A stretch of 64,000 nucleotides of DNA from Nitrospirota bacterium. GTDB lineage: Bacteria; Nitrospirota; Thermodesulfovibrionia; Thermodesulfovibrionales; Dissulfurispiraceae. Shown here one piece after another: positions 25,052-33,898 of the stretch. The notes beneath the pieces are model-generated. The model saw nothing but the letters and a program-made list of their open reading frames with translations, did not search any database and had not been told where the DNA came from. Made by a program: the position numbers and the translations under genes. The stretch lies in contig JBBISP010000005.1 of the NCBI GenBank assembly GCA_037441185.1, positions 5,889-69,888 on the forward strand, written 5' to 3'. The stretch's first letter is position 1; every line of letters starts with the position of its first letter.

Positions 25052-25411
25052 CTACTTTTTACATAGATTGAGTATGAGCTCCACTTCACCTTTAGACATG
25101 TCAAAAAAATCTGCTATTTCGTCAACTTTTAGACCTTTTTTGGCAAGTTCACATATCTCTTTGCGACTTCCGGCAGAAGATAAAACCGCTTTTTTATCCA
25201 TTTTTTCAGCTTTCAATAATAAATCATTAAGCATCTCTATCTTGCTGTCTATCCTAAATTCAAGAGACTTCAAGGCATTTATCTTCTCATCTATCCTTTT
25301 GAATATGCTGTCTGAAATCTCTACTATCTCTGCAAGCTCCAAAGTTAAAAGTTCTTTTGCTTCTTCTTTTTTATTGTTTTTATTGCTCTTCTTTAACAGT
25401 CTTTTAATCAT
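25052..25411 (-). CDS. Coiled-coil protein with a C-terminal HTH-like motif (resembles DUF2802-type proteins that close flagellar che clusters)
   Basis: Lys-rich N-terminus and central coiled coil. C-terminal KEICELAKKGLKVDEIADFFDMSKGEVELILNL. The family assignment is from memory only. Confidence 0.5.
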   Translation of the reverse strand: MIKRLLKKSNKNNKKEEAKELLTLELAEIVEISDSIFKRIDEKINALKSLEFRIDSKIEMLNDLLLKAEKMDKKAVLSSAGSRKEICELAKKGLKVDEIADFFDMSKGEVELILNLCKK

Positions 25412-25420
25412 TTTCTTCTC

Positions 25421-25570
25421 CTAAGCCTGAATATCTATTTTAGAGCCATCTTTTTTTTCATCTTTATCATATTTTTTTTGTCCCTTTTTGATTTTTGAAG
25501 AAAATTTTTTTTCTGACTCTTTCTTTACAGCCCTAATATCAAAGATTCTTCTTAACCCCTCTATAGCCAT
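25421..25570 (-). CDS. Possible 49-aa lysine-rich small protein (below the ORF-track length cutoff)
   Basis: Minus-strand ATG at 25570 and TAG at 25421..25423 give MAIEGLRRIFDIRAVKKESEKKFSSKIKKGQKKYDKDEKKDGSKIDIQA. It fills an otherwise empty gap, and its stop sits beside the RBS of the next gene. Confidence 0.35.
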   Translation of the reverse strand: MAIEGLRRIFDIRAVKKESEKKFSSKIKKGQKKYDKDEKKDGSKIDIQA

Positions 25571-25595
25571 ATTATGATCACCATCCCTTCCACAT

Positions 25596-26468
25596 TTAAG
25601 CCTGATAAAGAGTCTTTTCCTGAATATATGCCTGCTTGAACTTCTCCACTATTTCTGATAACTGTTCATCTGTTATCATTAGAACCTCTTTACAGATCGG
25701 ATTTATAGATGCAATAAGCGGCATAGGTCCTCTATATCCGACTCCGAGCCTGACACATATTGTATCTGACATGGCTATTGTGCAACACAACATCCTCCTA
25801 TCCGATGACAATTCTGCGATGTCGTCATAGTCATGGAAGTGATGTCTTTTTATTGAATCGCATAGATTTTCAGAGAATCCCCATTTTTCAGCAAACAGGT
25901 TCCCAACCTCTGCATGCCCAAATCCAAAAATCTCTTTCTCTATATCAGAAAATCTTACCCTCTCATTATAAACCTTTTCCATTAACATCAAAAACCTCTC
26001 AGGCTGACTGTTATTCATTATGGTCTTGCCAATATCATGCAAAAGTCCTGCCACCATCGCTTCCTCTGCTTCAGGAAATCTTATCTCTTTAGCTATAATG
26101 CCGGCAGCAATCGAAACCCCAATGCTGTGTTCCCAAAGCTTTTGCTCCAGAATTCCAAATCTCTTATACACTGTCTTTGCAGATATGGCAAGGGCAAGAT
26201 TTTTAACGGCATCAAGTCCCATTATGACTATAGCATCTGATATAGTGTCAACATTCCGTCGCAGGCCATAATATGCAGAATTCGCAAGTCGCAATATATT
26301 TGACGCCATGGATTGATCCGCCATTATCACATCCTGAAGTGCATCTATCTCTACATTTGCTTTGTTGACAAGACTGACTATCTTAACAGCCACCATTGGC
26401 ATCGGAGGTATTTCACAAGTCATTAAAATAGATTCCTTTATGTTATCCATTTGACAGTAATCCCCCAT
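25596..26468 (-). CDS. HDOD domain protein (copy 1)
   Basis: ILRLANSAYYGLRRNVDTISDAIVIMGLDAVKNLAL and GLLHDIGK are HDOD hallmarks. The start could instead be the ATG at 26450. Confidence 0.85.
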   Translation of the reverse strand: MGDYCQMDNIKESILMTCEIPPMPMVAVKIVSLVNKANVEIDALQDVIMADQSMASNILRLANSAYYGLRRNVDTISDAIVIMGLDAVKNLALAISAKTVYKRFGILEQKLWEHSIGVSIAAGIIAKEIRFPEAEEAMVAGLLHDIGKTIMNNSQPERFLMLMEKVYNERVRFSDIEKEIFGFGHAEVGNLFAEKWGFSENLCDSIKRHHFHDYDDIAELSSDRRMLCCTIAMSDTICVRLGVGYRGPMPLIASINPICKEVLMITDEQLSEIVEKFKQAYIQEKTLYQA

Positions 26469-26478
26469 GTTACTTGAA

Positions 26479-27303
26479 TTATGTGAAAAATCTTTCTATT
26501 TCTCGCCTTAATCTACCTAATTTTTCTCCTATAGACTGCAGTTCATCCTCACCAAGCGAAAGTTCAAGAAGTATGGCATCATGCTCCTCGGTCCATATGC
26601 CGTCGTCTTCTATTCTTGGACTGAATCGCCTGGACAATGCCTCTGCAATCGCAACAATAGAGACCCCGAGTTTATTACCGCTCGTCTTTGACGGCTGGTG
26701 ATGATGTCTTATAGCCAAAACAATATCATCAGGCATTCTTACATGCTCAGCATATAATGAGCCGACTTCAGCATGAGTGCAGCCGAACATCTCTATCTCC
26801 TTATCAAAAATATCATCTGATACCCCTATCTCAAAAAATTTATCATGATCTTTCCTATATAAGATAACTCTGCCGATATCATGCAGCAGTCCGCATAGAA
26901 AGATCTCAGAAGGCGCAGCCATAGATACAGCATCTGATATTGCAGCCGCTATATATGCAACCTCATATCCATGAATCCAAAGATTCTTTACCTTAAATGA
27001 AGTGTGTGCTGGAAATATATCCATTACCGCCATTGCTAAAGCTATAGACTTTATATTGTTATACCCTAAAAACAATACAGCATGCTTTATACTCTTAACA
27101 TTTCCTGAATGGCCGAACATCGCAGAGTTTGCAAGTATTATGACTCTTTCAGCCAATGCCTGATCATGCGATATGAGATTGTAGAGTTCCTGTGGGGAAG
27201 AGTTCTCATTCCTCGTTATTGCAAGTATTCTGCTCATTAGCGAAGGAATTGTATATGACTTATTCAGCCCCTTAACAAATTCCTTTATATCATTTTTATC
27301 CAT
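26479..27303 (-). CDS. HDOD domain protein (copy 2)
   Basis: VIILANSAMFGHSGNVKSIKHAVLFLGYNNIKSIAL and GLLHDIGR. Paralog of the adjacent gene. Confidence 0.85.
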   Translation of the reverse strand: MDKNDIKEFVKGLNKSYTIPSLMSRILAITRNENSSPQELYNLISHDQALAERVIILANSAMFGHSGNVKSIKHAVLFLGYNNIKSIALAMAVMDIFPAHTSFKVKNLWIHGYEVAYIAAAISDAVSMAAPSEIFLCGLLHDIGRVILYRKDHDKFFEIGVSDDIFDKEIEMFGCTHAEVGSLYAEHVRMPDDIVLAIRHHHQPSKTSGNKLGVSIVAIAEALSRRFSPRIEDDGIWTEEHDAILLELSLGEDELQSIGEKLGRLRREIERFFT

Positions 27304-27319
27304 ATCTATACCTTTATTC

Positions 27320-28906
27320 TTAATGCCTAAACCAGCTTATGAGCTTCTGTATCTCTGAGGCCAATTTTGAGAGATCAGCGGCTGCATGGTTAAGTTGTGA
27401 ACTTGCATCCGAAGACATCTTTGTGATTGCAGAGACATTATTCATGCTCTGTGATACCTCTTCTGCAGCGGCTGACTGTTGTTCTGCTGCAACAGCTATC
27501 CTCTGAACCATGTCAACAGCCTTTTCAGATGCCTCCACTATAGTGTTGAGGGCTTCTTTTGCCTCCTCTGCAAGTTTTACTCCGCCCTGAACCTTTGAGA
27601 CGCCTATGTTCATTGAGCTCACAGACCTCTCGGTCTCTGCCTGTATCTTCTTTATCATCTCTGCAATCTCTCTTGTAGCTTTGCTGCTCCTTTCTGCAAG
27701 CTTTCTTACCTCATCAGCAACAACTGCAAATCCTCTTCCCTGCTCTCCAGCCCTCGCTGCCTCAATAGCTGCATTTAAGGCAAGAAGGTTTGTCTGATCT
27801 GCAATATCATCTATTACTCTTATAATATTTCCTATCTCATTTGAACCCTTTCCCAGCTCTTCAATAGTAGATGCTGTCTCTTTTATTGTCTCAGCAATCT
27901 CAACCATGCTGTTTACAGTATTTTCAACAGACTTCTTTCCTTTAAGCGCTATACTTGAAGCGTCTTTTGATGCAGATACTGCATTAGATGCGTTCTTTGC
28001 TACATCCATTACTGTCTGTGATATCTCTGTCATCGCAGATGCAACCTGCTCTATCTGGAGTGACTGCTCATGAGAGTTCTTGTTCAAATCATTTGCTGTT
28101 GCTGAGAATTCCTCTGAGGCTGACGCCATCTGATAGGTTGTTGAGGATAGGCGCTGAATAGTCTGTTTCAGATTTCCTGTCATCTCATTCATATTCGCTC
28201 CCAGAAGACCTATCTCATCCTTTGATGAAACCTCCATGTTTAAAGTAAGGTCTCCTCTTGAGATGAGACCTATAGAATCCATAAAATTAGATAGAGGTTT
28301 TAACAACTTATTTTTGCTTACAAATACACTGCCAATGCTCATTGCACATAATATGATCAGAAAAGATATTATAAATATATTCATCTTTGAGGTCTCGGCA
28401 TCCATTATTTCATAACCAGTTTTTATCTCTTTCTTTAGATAGTCATTGTATTGATCAAAAAGTCCCTTTATCTCAAAAGCTAAAGGCTCAGTTACGGTTG
28501 CAAGAATTTCTTTTTTCTTTGCAGTATCATTTGTTTTTAAAATAGCGTCTGCGCTCTCATGAAATCTCTTATGAGGGTCTTCCATTGCCTTATGTAACCT
28601 CTGCTCTTCAGCACTTTTGGGTTTATAAGAATAATACCATTTCCCAAAATCGCATTTTGTAGGATCAGTAGTTTTTTTAAATTCCTCTCCACTATGGATA
28701 TGCTCTTTAAGTGAATCAAGCCAAAGAAGATGGTCGATGTATTTTTCTTTTAAGAAACCGCTCGCCTCAACATTCCCTGCCTGTGTTTCATCGGCTGCTG
28801 AGATCTGATTATTGGTATATAAAAAGATCCCTATTGCAATAAAAGCAATCGCACAAACAACAATGCTCTGCAAAAAAACCAATTTCTTAATTGATACATC
28901 TTTCAT
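27320..28906 (-). CDS. Methyl-accepting chemotaxis protein with a CZB-like motif in the predicted periplasmic domain
   Basis: Two TM segments, a HAMP domain and the MCP signalling domain ([38 protein letters not shown]). Between the TM segments: DHLLW-x22-CDFGKW-x21-HKRFH. Confidence 0.93.
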   Translation of the reverse strand: MKDVSIKKLVFLQSIVVCAIAFIAIGIFLYTNNQISAADETQAGNVEASGFLKEKYIDHLLWLDSLKEHIHSGEEFKKTTDPTKCDFGKWYYSYKPKSAEEQRLHKAMEDPHKRFHESADAILKTNDTAKKKEILATVTEPLAFEIKGLFDQYNDYLKKEIKTGYEIMDAETSKMNIFIISFLIILCAMSIGSVFVSKNKLLKPLSNFMDSIGLISRGDLTLNMEVSSKDEIGLLGANMNEMTGNLKQTIQRLSSTTYQMASASEEFSATANDLNKNSHEQSLQIEQVASAMTEISQTVMDVAKNASNAVSASKDASSIALKGKKSVENTVNSMVEIAETIKETASTIEELGKGSNEIGNIIRVIDDIADQTNLLALNAAIEAARAGEQGRGFAVVADEVRKLAERSSKATREIAEMIKKIQAETERSVSSMNIGVSKVQGGVKLAEEAKEALNTIVEASEKAVDMVQRIAVAAEQQSAAAEEVSQSMNNVSAITKMSSDASSQLNHAAADLSKLASEIQKLISWFRH

Positions 28907-28918
28907 CTTTATATCCTC

Positions 28919-29386
28919 CTAATGAACTAATAAATTTGATTCAATATTTGATTGCCCTTTGTTAAAGAAAAGCTTGTCAATATCAATGAGTATTAGAAGC
29001 CTGTCATTGAGTTTTCCCATACCTTTTATGTATTCAGAGTCTATGCTGCCTGTCATTAATGGCGGCGGATCAATAGCATCGGATGATATTCTCAACACCT
29101 CAGAGACTGAATCGACTATTATGCCTGTAATAATGCCAACATCTATGACTATTATCCTTGCGTGATTATCAAGCCTATCTGAATCCAGACCAAATCTTTT
29201 TCTCAGATTTATGACAGGTATCACCTTTCCCCTCAGGTTGATTACGCCTTCTATATGCTGAGGAGAGTTTGGAACAGGGGTTATATCCACAATCCTATTT
29301 ATCTCCTGCACCTTAAGAATATCAACAGCATATTCTTCTTTTCCAAGCCTGAATGTAACAAACTGTAAAATTTCATTTAAATTCAT
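28919..29386 (-). CDS. cheW: Chemotaxis coupling protein CheW
   Basis: FRLGKEEYAVDILKVQEI...IEGVINLRGKVIPVINLRKRFGL. Preferred start is the ATG at 29386, with GGAGG 5 nt upstream. Confidence 0.92.
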   Translation of the reverse strand: MNLNEILQFVTFRLGKEEYAVDILKVQEINRIVDITPVPNSPQHIEGVINLRGKVIPVINLRKRFGLDSDRLDNHARIIVIDVGIITGIIVDSVSEVLRISSDAIDPPPLMTGSIDSEYIKGMGKLNDRLLILIDIDKLFFNKGQSNIESNLLVH

Positions 29387-29404
29387 CTTTGCCTCCATAA
29401 TCTT

Positions 29405-29432
29405 TTATCGGTAAATATATTCATAAACTTAA
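29405..29432 (-). promoter_or_regulatory. Candidate sigma-28-type promoter inside the che cluster, upstream of cheW
   Basis: The minus strand reads TTAAGTTT-N12-ACCGATAA, in the cheB-cheW gap. Confidence 0.5.
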
Positions 29433-29441
29433 ACACCGGCA

Positions 29442-30494
29442 CTATACAGAATTTATTATCTCCCCTGCTATTTCCTCTATGGACAATATCTTATCTGCGA
29501 TGCCTCCATCCACAACGGCCTTCGGCATTCCATAAACAACACATGTATCTTCATTCTGAGCAAATACCCTTCCGCCAGTCCTTTTTAATTGTGTCAGACC
29601 TTCAAGGCCATCATGTCCCATGCCTGTAAGTATTACGCCCAGTGACCTGCCAGGGAAAAATTCTGCCACTGAAAACATAAGGGCATCGACAGATGGACGG
29701 TAAATAAATTCATCTTTATTCTCTGAAATAGTGATAACGGTCTCTATACCTCTCGGTCTCTTCACCCTCATATGGCCCCTGCCTGGCGCTATATATGCAA
29801 CACCATTTTTTAAAGATTCTCCCTCCTCTGCCTCTTTTACAGTAATCTGGCTTAGCTGATTCAGCCTCTCGGCAAAAGGACCTGTAAAATTTGGAGGCAT
29901 GTGCTGGGCTATGACGATAGGCGCCGGAAAGTCTTTCGGCAATTTTGGAATTATTTCCTGAAGCGCCTTTGGTCCGCCTGTAGAGGTGCCAATAGCCACT
30001 ATGTTTATCCTTCGCTCTCCTGTTGTTCTCACAGGCATCGATTCGGGAATCTCTATTGCCTTTGGCGCTGCTGCCGGCCTGATGCGTCTTTTAACGATGC
30101 CTTTCCGGGCAATATGTTTTACCTTTTCGATTAATATTTCCTTAATCTTAACAATATTAACCGAAAGCTCTGATAGGTTTTTAGGAATAAAATCTACTGC
30201 TCCAAGCTCAAGTGCATCGAGCGTTACTCTTGCGCCCTCAACAGTTAGAGAACTGACCATAATCACAGGGACCTGGTTTTTCTCCATAATATGCCTTAAT
30301 GCAGAAATACCATCCATCCTCGGCATCTCGACATCCATCGTCACAATATCAGGTTTAAGCTTCTCGACCATTTCGATTGCCTCAAGCCCGTCTTTTGCCT
30401 TTCCAACAATCTGTATTTCATGATCAGAAGAAAGCATGCTGCTCAACACATTTCTCATGAATGCCGAATCATCAACAATTAAAACCTTTACCAT
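29442..30494 (-). CDS. cheB: Chemotaxis methylesterase/deamidase CheB (REC plus methylesterase domains)
   Basis: VLIVDDSAFMR...DVEMPRMDG, then the methylesterase domain (IGTSTGGP, GMGHDG). Confidence 0.95.
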   Translation of the reverse strand: MVKVLIVDDSAFMRNVLSSMLSSDHEIQIVGKAKDGLEAIEMVEKLKPDIVTMDVEMPRMDGISALRHIMEKNQVPVIMVSSLTVEGARVTLDALELGAVDFIPKNLSELSVNIVKIKEILIEKVKHIARKGIVKRRIRPAAAPKAIEIPESMPVRTTGERRINIVAIGTSTGGPKALQEIIPKLPKDFPAPIVIAQHMPPNFTGPFAERLNQLSQITVKEAEEGESLKNGVAYIAPGRGHMRVKRPRGIETVITISENKDEFIYRPSVDALMFSVAEFFPGRSLGVILTGMGHDGLEGLTQLKRTGGRVFAQNEDTCVVYGMPKAVVDGGIADKILSIEEIAGEIINSV

Positions 30495-30496
30495 AA

Positions 30497-32950
30497 TTAA
30501 ACCCTAAACCATCCTGCCGTTGAATTCAATTCTGCTGCAAGTTTTGAAAGATCTACTGACGCGCGTTTTATTTCACCAATTGAATCGCCTAATTGTCTTG
30601 TTATTGCTGCAATGCTTTCCATATTGTGAGAAACATCTTCGGATGCCGTGGACTGTTCTTCGGTTGCTGCTGCAATTCTCTGCACCATGTCTGCAACCTC
30701 TCCTACATACTCAACTATCCCGTCTATTGACTTCAGAGTGCTGTTTACATGGTTAAGAACCATTCCAACAGACTCCCTTTCTTGCCTCATAAAGTTTACA
30801 GAATCTGCAACCTCTGCTTGCATTGCCTTTACTGTGTTTGAAATGTCATTCGTAGCTGAAGTTGTTCTTTCTGCAAGTTTTCTCACCTCATCGGCAACAA
30901 CCGCAAAACCCCTTCCCTGTTCTCCTGCACGGGCAGCCTCTATTGCTGCGTTCAATGCAAGAAGATTTGTCTGATCAGCTATGCCTTTTATCAAGGTTAT
31001 TATTTCATTTATCTCGCCTGATTTCTGCCCGAGGGATTCCACTTTTGCAGCAGACATATTAACCATATCTGTAAATTTCTGAAGCTCCTGAACCGTTATA
31101 TGCATAGCATTTTTGCCATTCATCGCTATCTTTTTCATCTCCTGCGCAGCCTTTGATGTATGGGAGGCGTTTTTTGCCATGTCAAGCGTTGTTTGAGACA
31201 TTTCTGTCATTGCAGTTGCTGACTGCTCTACCTGAGAAGTCTGCTGATAAGAGCCTTTCTCAAGAGCATCAGCAGTGGCTGACAGCTCCTCTGAACTGCT
31301 TGCAAGTGTGCTGGTAGATGTTTTTATTTTTCCGACAATTCCTCTGAGATTGTCTATCATCTTACACATTGATTGTTGAACCAGTCCTATTTCATCCTTC
31401 TTTTGTTCATTCTTAGAACATGTAAGGGTGCCTTCAGCAATCTGCTCAGATTCCCAGATGAGTTCATTTAAGGGTTTTGAAACAGAACGATAAATCCATG
31501 TGCCGAAGGCGATGCCAAAGACAACAGCGCCTATGCTTATGCCAATAATAAGTATTGTGCTGAATCTCACCATTCTGTTCACCTTTCCTATAGCCTTTTC
31601 CTGCTCGCCTTGAGCGGAAGTAACAGTCTGTTTTCCCATTTCAGCCTGCCTTATAACTATTCCCCTCAATCTATCGGTAGCTTGCAGAGCCTTTTCTTTC
31701 ATATCAATCTGATGGCGGATCTTAGCAATTATTCCGTCTTTTGCAAATAACAGACTCCTCACAGAAGACAAGGCAATTTGTACGCTTTGAAGCATCTTAA
31801 TCTCTTCCTTTGCATCTAATTTTGAGAGCATCCTCTCAAGGCCTTTACTTACGACATCGATTTTTTCATATATTCTTTTAATATCATTATCAATAAGGTC
31901 AACCTCTTTTAATAAATTAACCGTAAACAACCGTGCAGCCAGCCCTTCTATGGATAACCCGAGTGAGACGAGTTCAGAATTTCCAGATAACACATTTATT
32001 GATATATTAGCCTGAGTAAAAACATCTCTTTGTTTATTTGTTTCAATGCTATACTTATCACCGGCAGTCATAACTTCTTGTTCTGTAATTAAAAGAACCG
32101 ATGCAAGCTTTTCGTTTATTTCTTTATTTAATAATTCATGGCGATTTTTAGACTCTTCGTTTGGTTCTCCAATCATTGCGGTTTGGACCTTTACAAGTTC
32201 ATCAATCCTTTCTCCAAGCATTTTAATATCAGAGTATAGGTTTTTGGACTCCTTCAAATATTCGCTCTGAAGAGCCTTATTTACAATAGCATTAATTTTG
32301 CCTCTGGCAATTATTAATGTCTTTTTATCCTGCGCTTTTTGTATCTCAAAAATAGCTAACTGAATATCTTTAAACGTTGCTTTTAACATCTCAATATTTC
32401 TCAGTTTTGATGAAATACCCCTTGTCTCTTCTAATGATGTAACAAATAAGGCAGAACGATTAAGCTGAAGCCCCTTTATCTTTGCATCAAGTCCTTTTAA
32501 TTTATTTGATACATCTTTTAGTCTTTGAATGATTTCCGTATTTGCTGAGGCTGCTTCTTGTTCAGCATTTAATCTCCCTTCTGTTATATGAAAAAGTTCC
32601 TTAGCTATACGGCTCATTTCACTATAGACCTCCATATTTACGCCTCCAGAGAGCGCCTCTAAGACATCCTGAGATGCCTTAACCTCTGAAAGTGAATTTT
32701 CAGCCTCTGCACGGTATGTCTTGTATTCATCACTGCTGTTTGATGCAGATACCTTTATAAGGTCTGAGGTCATGCCCTGAATTGCTCGCTGAAACTCAAC
32801 AGTTCTCATCTGAAAAGGGGTGCTCTTCTCTGTAAGATGAAAAAGTTTGTTTTTCACAGAACCCATGCCTATCACACTTGTAACAGCAACAGCGCTAATG
32901 ATTGCGAGCACTGCAATTACATTCCATGTGAGTTTAGCTTTAATTGTCAT
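30497..32950 (-). CDS. Methyl-accepting chemotaxis protein with a very large (~430 aa) helical extracytoplasmic domain
   Basis: TM segments near aa 10-32 and 463-487, a HAMP domain, and the same conserved signalling hairpin as the other MCP. Confidence 0.93.
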   Translation of the reverse strand: MTIKAKLTWNVIAVLAIISAVAVTSVIGMGSVKNKLFHLTEKSTPFQMRTVEFQRAIQGMTSDLIKVSASNSSDEYKTYRAEAENSLSEVKASQDVLEALSGGVNMEVYSEMSRIAKELFHITEGRLNAEQEAASANTEIIQRLKDVSNKLKGLDAKIKGLQLNRSALFVTSLEETRGISSKLRNIEMLKATFKDIQLAIFEIQKAQDKKTLIIARGKINAIVNKALQSEYLKESKNLYSDIKMLGERIDELVKVQTAMIGEPNEESKNRHELLNKEINEKLASVLLITEQEVMTAGDKYSIETNKQRDVFTQANISINVLSGNSELVSLGLSIEGLAARLFTVNLLKEVDLIDNDIKRIYEKIDVVSKGLERMLSKLDAKEEIKMLQSVQIALSSVRSLLFAKDGIIAKIRHQIDMKEKALQATDRLRGIVIRQAEMGKQTVTSAQGEQEKAIGKVNRMVRFSTILIIGISIGAVVFGIAFGTWIYRSVSKPLNELIWESEQIAEGTLTCSKNEQKKDEIGLVQQSMCKMIDNLRGIVGKIKTSTSTLASSSEELSATADALEKGSYQQTSQVEQSATAMTEMSQTTLDMAKNASHTSKAAQEMKKIAMNGKNAMHITVQELQKFTDMVNMSAAKVESLGQKSGEINEIITLIKGIADQTNLLALNAAIEAARAGEQGRGFAVVADEVRKLAERTTSATNDISNTVKAMQAEVADSVNFMRQERESVGMVLNHVNSTLKSIDGIVEYVGEVADMVQRIAAATEEQSTASEDVSHNMESIAAITRQLGDSIGEIKRASVDLSKLAAELNSTAGWFRV

Positions 32951-32976
32951 AATTTATCCTCAATATTTGTTAGGAT

Positions 32977-33016
32977 GTTGACCGTTATTAGCAATAATGC
33001 GCTAATAACGGTCAAC
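32977..33016 (-). terminator. Perfect 16-bp stem-loop between the SBP gene and the MCP gene (no U-tract)
   Basis: GTTGACCGTTATTAGC-AATAATGC-GCTAATAACGGTCAAC. Confidence 0.45.
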
Positions 33017-33032
33017 TATAATCATTTTTTCA

Positions 33033-33794
33033 TTACTTTATATATTTCTTTCCCTCTCCCCGCACAAAATCTATGAGCTTCTGAACTTTAGGAGACGGCT
33101 GTCCTTTTGTATATATAATCACAGGAACAGAAATCTTAGGCTCTGCTAAAGGTTTTACACTTCCGTCCATCAGACCTTCTGAAGCCAGACCAACCGCCTC
33201 TGGATTGGATTTAACTGCATTTATTACATCTGCTGCCCTGTCTACTGTAAGCACATCAGATGTATATTTTTCACCATCCATTATCTTTTTGGATACTAAT
33301 TCATTAACTCCTTTTATAAGATTGCCAAATACAACAATAATCGGCATATCTTTTCCGCCGACCTGCTTCCAGTTGTCAATCTTTCCTGTAAAAATATCTT
33401 TTGCTTGTTCTTTCGTCAGCTTTGATGCAGGGTTGTCATTGTTAACTATTATCACAATCCTGTCCTCGCTAACTACAGCGCTCTTTATAAGAGACATATC
33501 CTTTATCTCTATGTTTTCCTTCTTAACAAGTCCGCTGACCTCATCCGGGGAAAGGAAAAGAACAGCAGCATCAATAACTCCCTTTTCTAAGTCTATAATG
33601 GCAAATTTAGGACCATATGCAGTCGAGGTCAGATTAATACCTGTTGCATTTGTGAAATGACTTTTCACAGGGTTTATAGCCTTTTCAAGCGGCGGCGCCC
33701 CTCCTCCAAGTTTTATCTCTTCTGCAAAGGCGCTAATACCCAATGTTAATACAAAAACAACTACTGCCATTAAAACTAACACACACCTTTTCAT
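33033..33794 (-). CDS. Periplasmic PstS-family (PBP-like-2) substrate-binding protein
   Basis: Signal peptide and the family motif IFTGKIDNWKQVGGKDMPIIVV. No ABC permease or ATPase genes are adjacent. Confidence 0.8.
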   Translation of the reverse strand: MKRCVLVLMAVVVFVLTLGISAFAEEIKLGGGAPPLEKAINPVKSHFTNATGINLTSTAYGPKFAIIDLEKGVIDAAVLFLSPDEVSGLVKKENIEIKDMSLIKSAVVSEDRIVIIVNNDNPASKLTKEQAKDIFTGKIDNWKQVGGKDMPIIVVFGNLIKGVNELVSKKIMDGEKYTSDVLTVDRAADVINAVKSNPEAVGLASEGLMDGSVKPLAEPKISVPVIIYTKGQPSPKVQKLIDFVRGEGKKYIK

Positions 33795-33845
33795 CTTCTG
33801 CCTCCAAAACTAAAATATAATCCACCAAAGGTGGTTCGTATGTTT

Positions 33846-33894
33846 ATCAGTCCATAGTCCACAGTCTATAGACTATGGTCTATGGACTATGGTC
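33846..33894. repeat. Seven tandem heptads (YAYRGWC) forming a near-perfect ~21-bp palindrome centred on GTCTATAGAC
   Basis: ATCAGTC CATAGTC CACAGTC TATAGAC TATGGTC TATGGAC TATGGTC, in the cheW-cheZ / SBP gap. Confidence 0.9.
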
Positions 33895-33898
33895 TAAT

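Noticed and set aside
27700-27800. DNA similarity between the two MCP genes (27700..27800 versus 30880..30980) as a recombination or gene-conversion tract
   Set aside because: The similarity is confined to the universally conserved signalling-hairpin codons ([38 protein letters not shown]). Synonymous differences are frequent, which fits ordinary purifying selection on paralogs.
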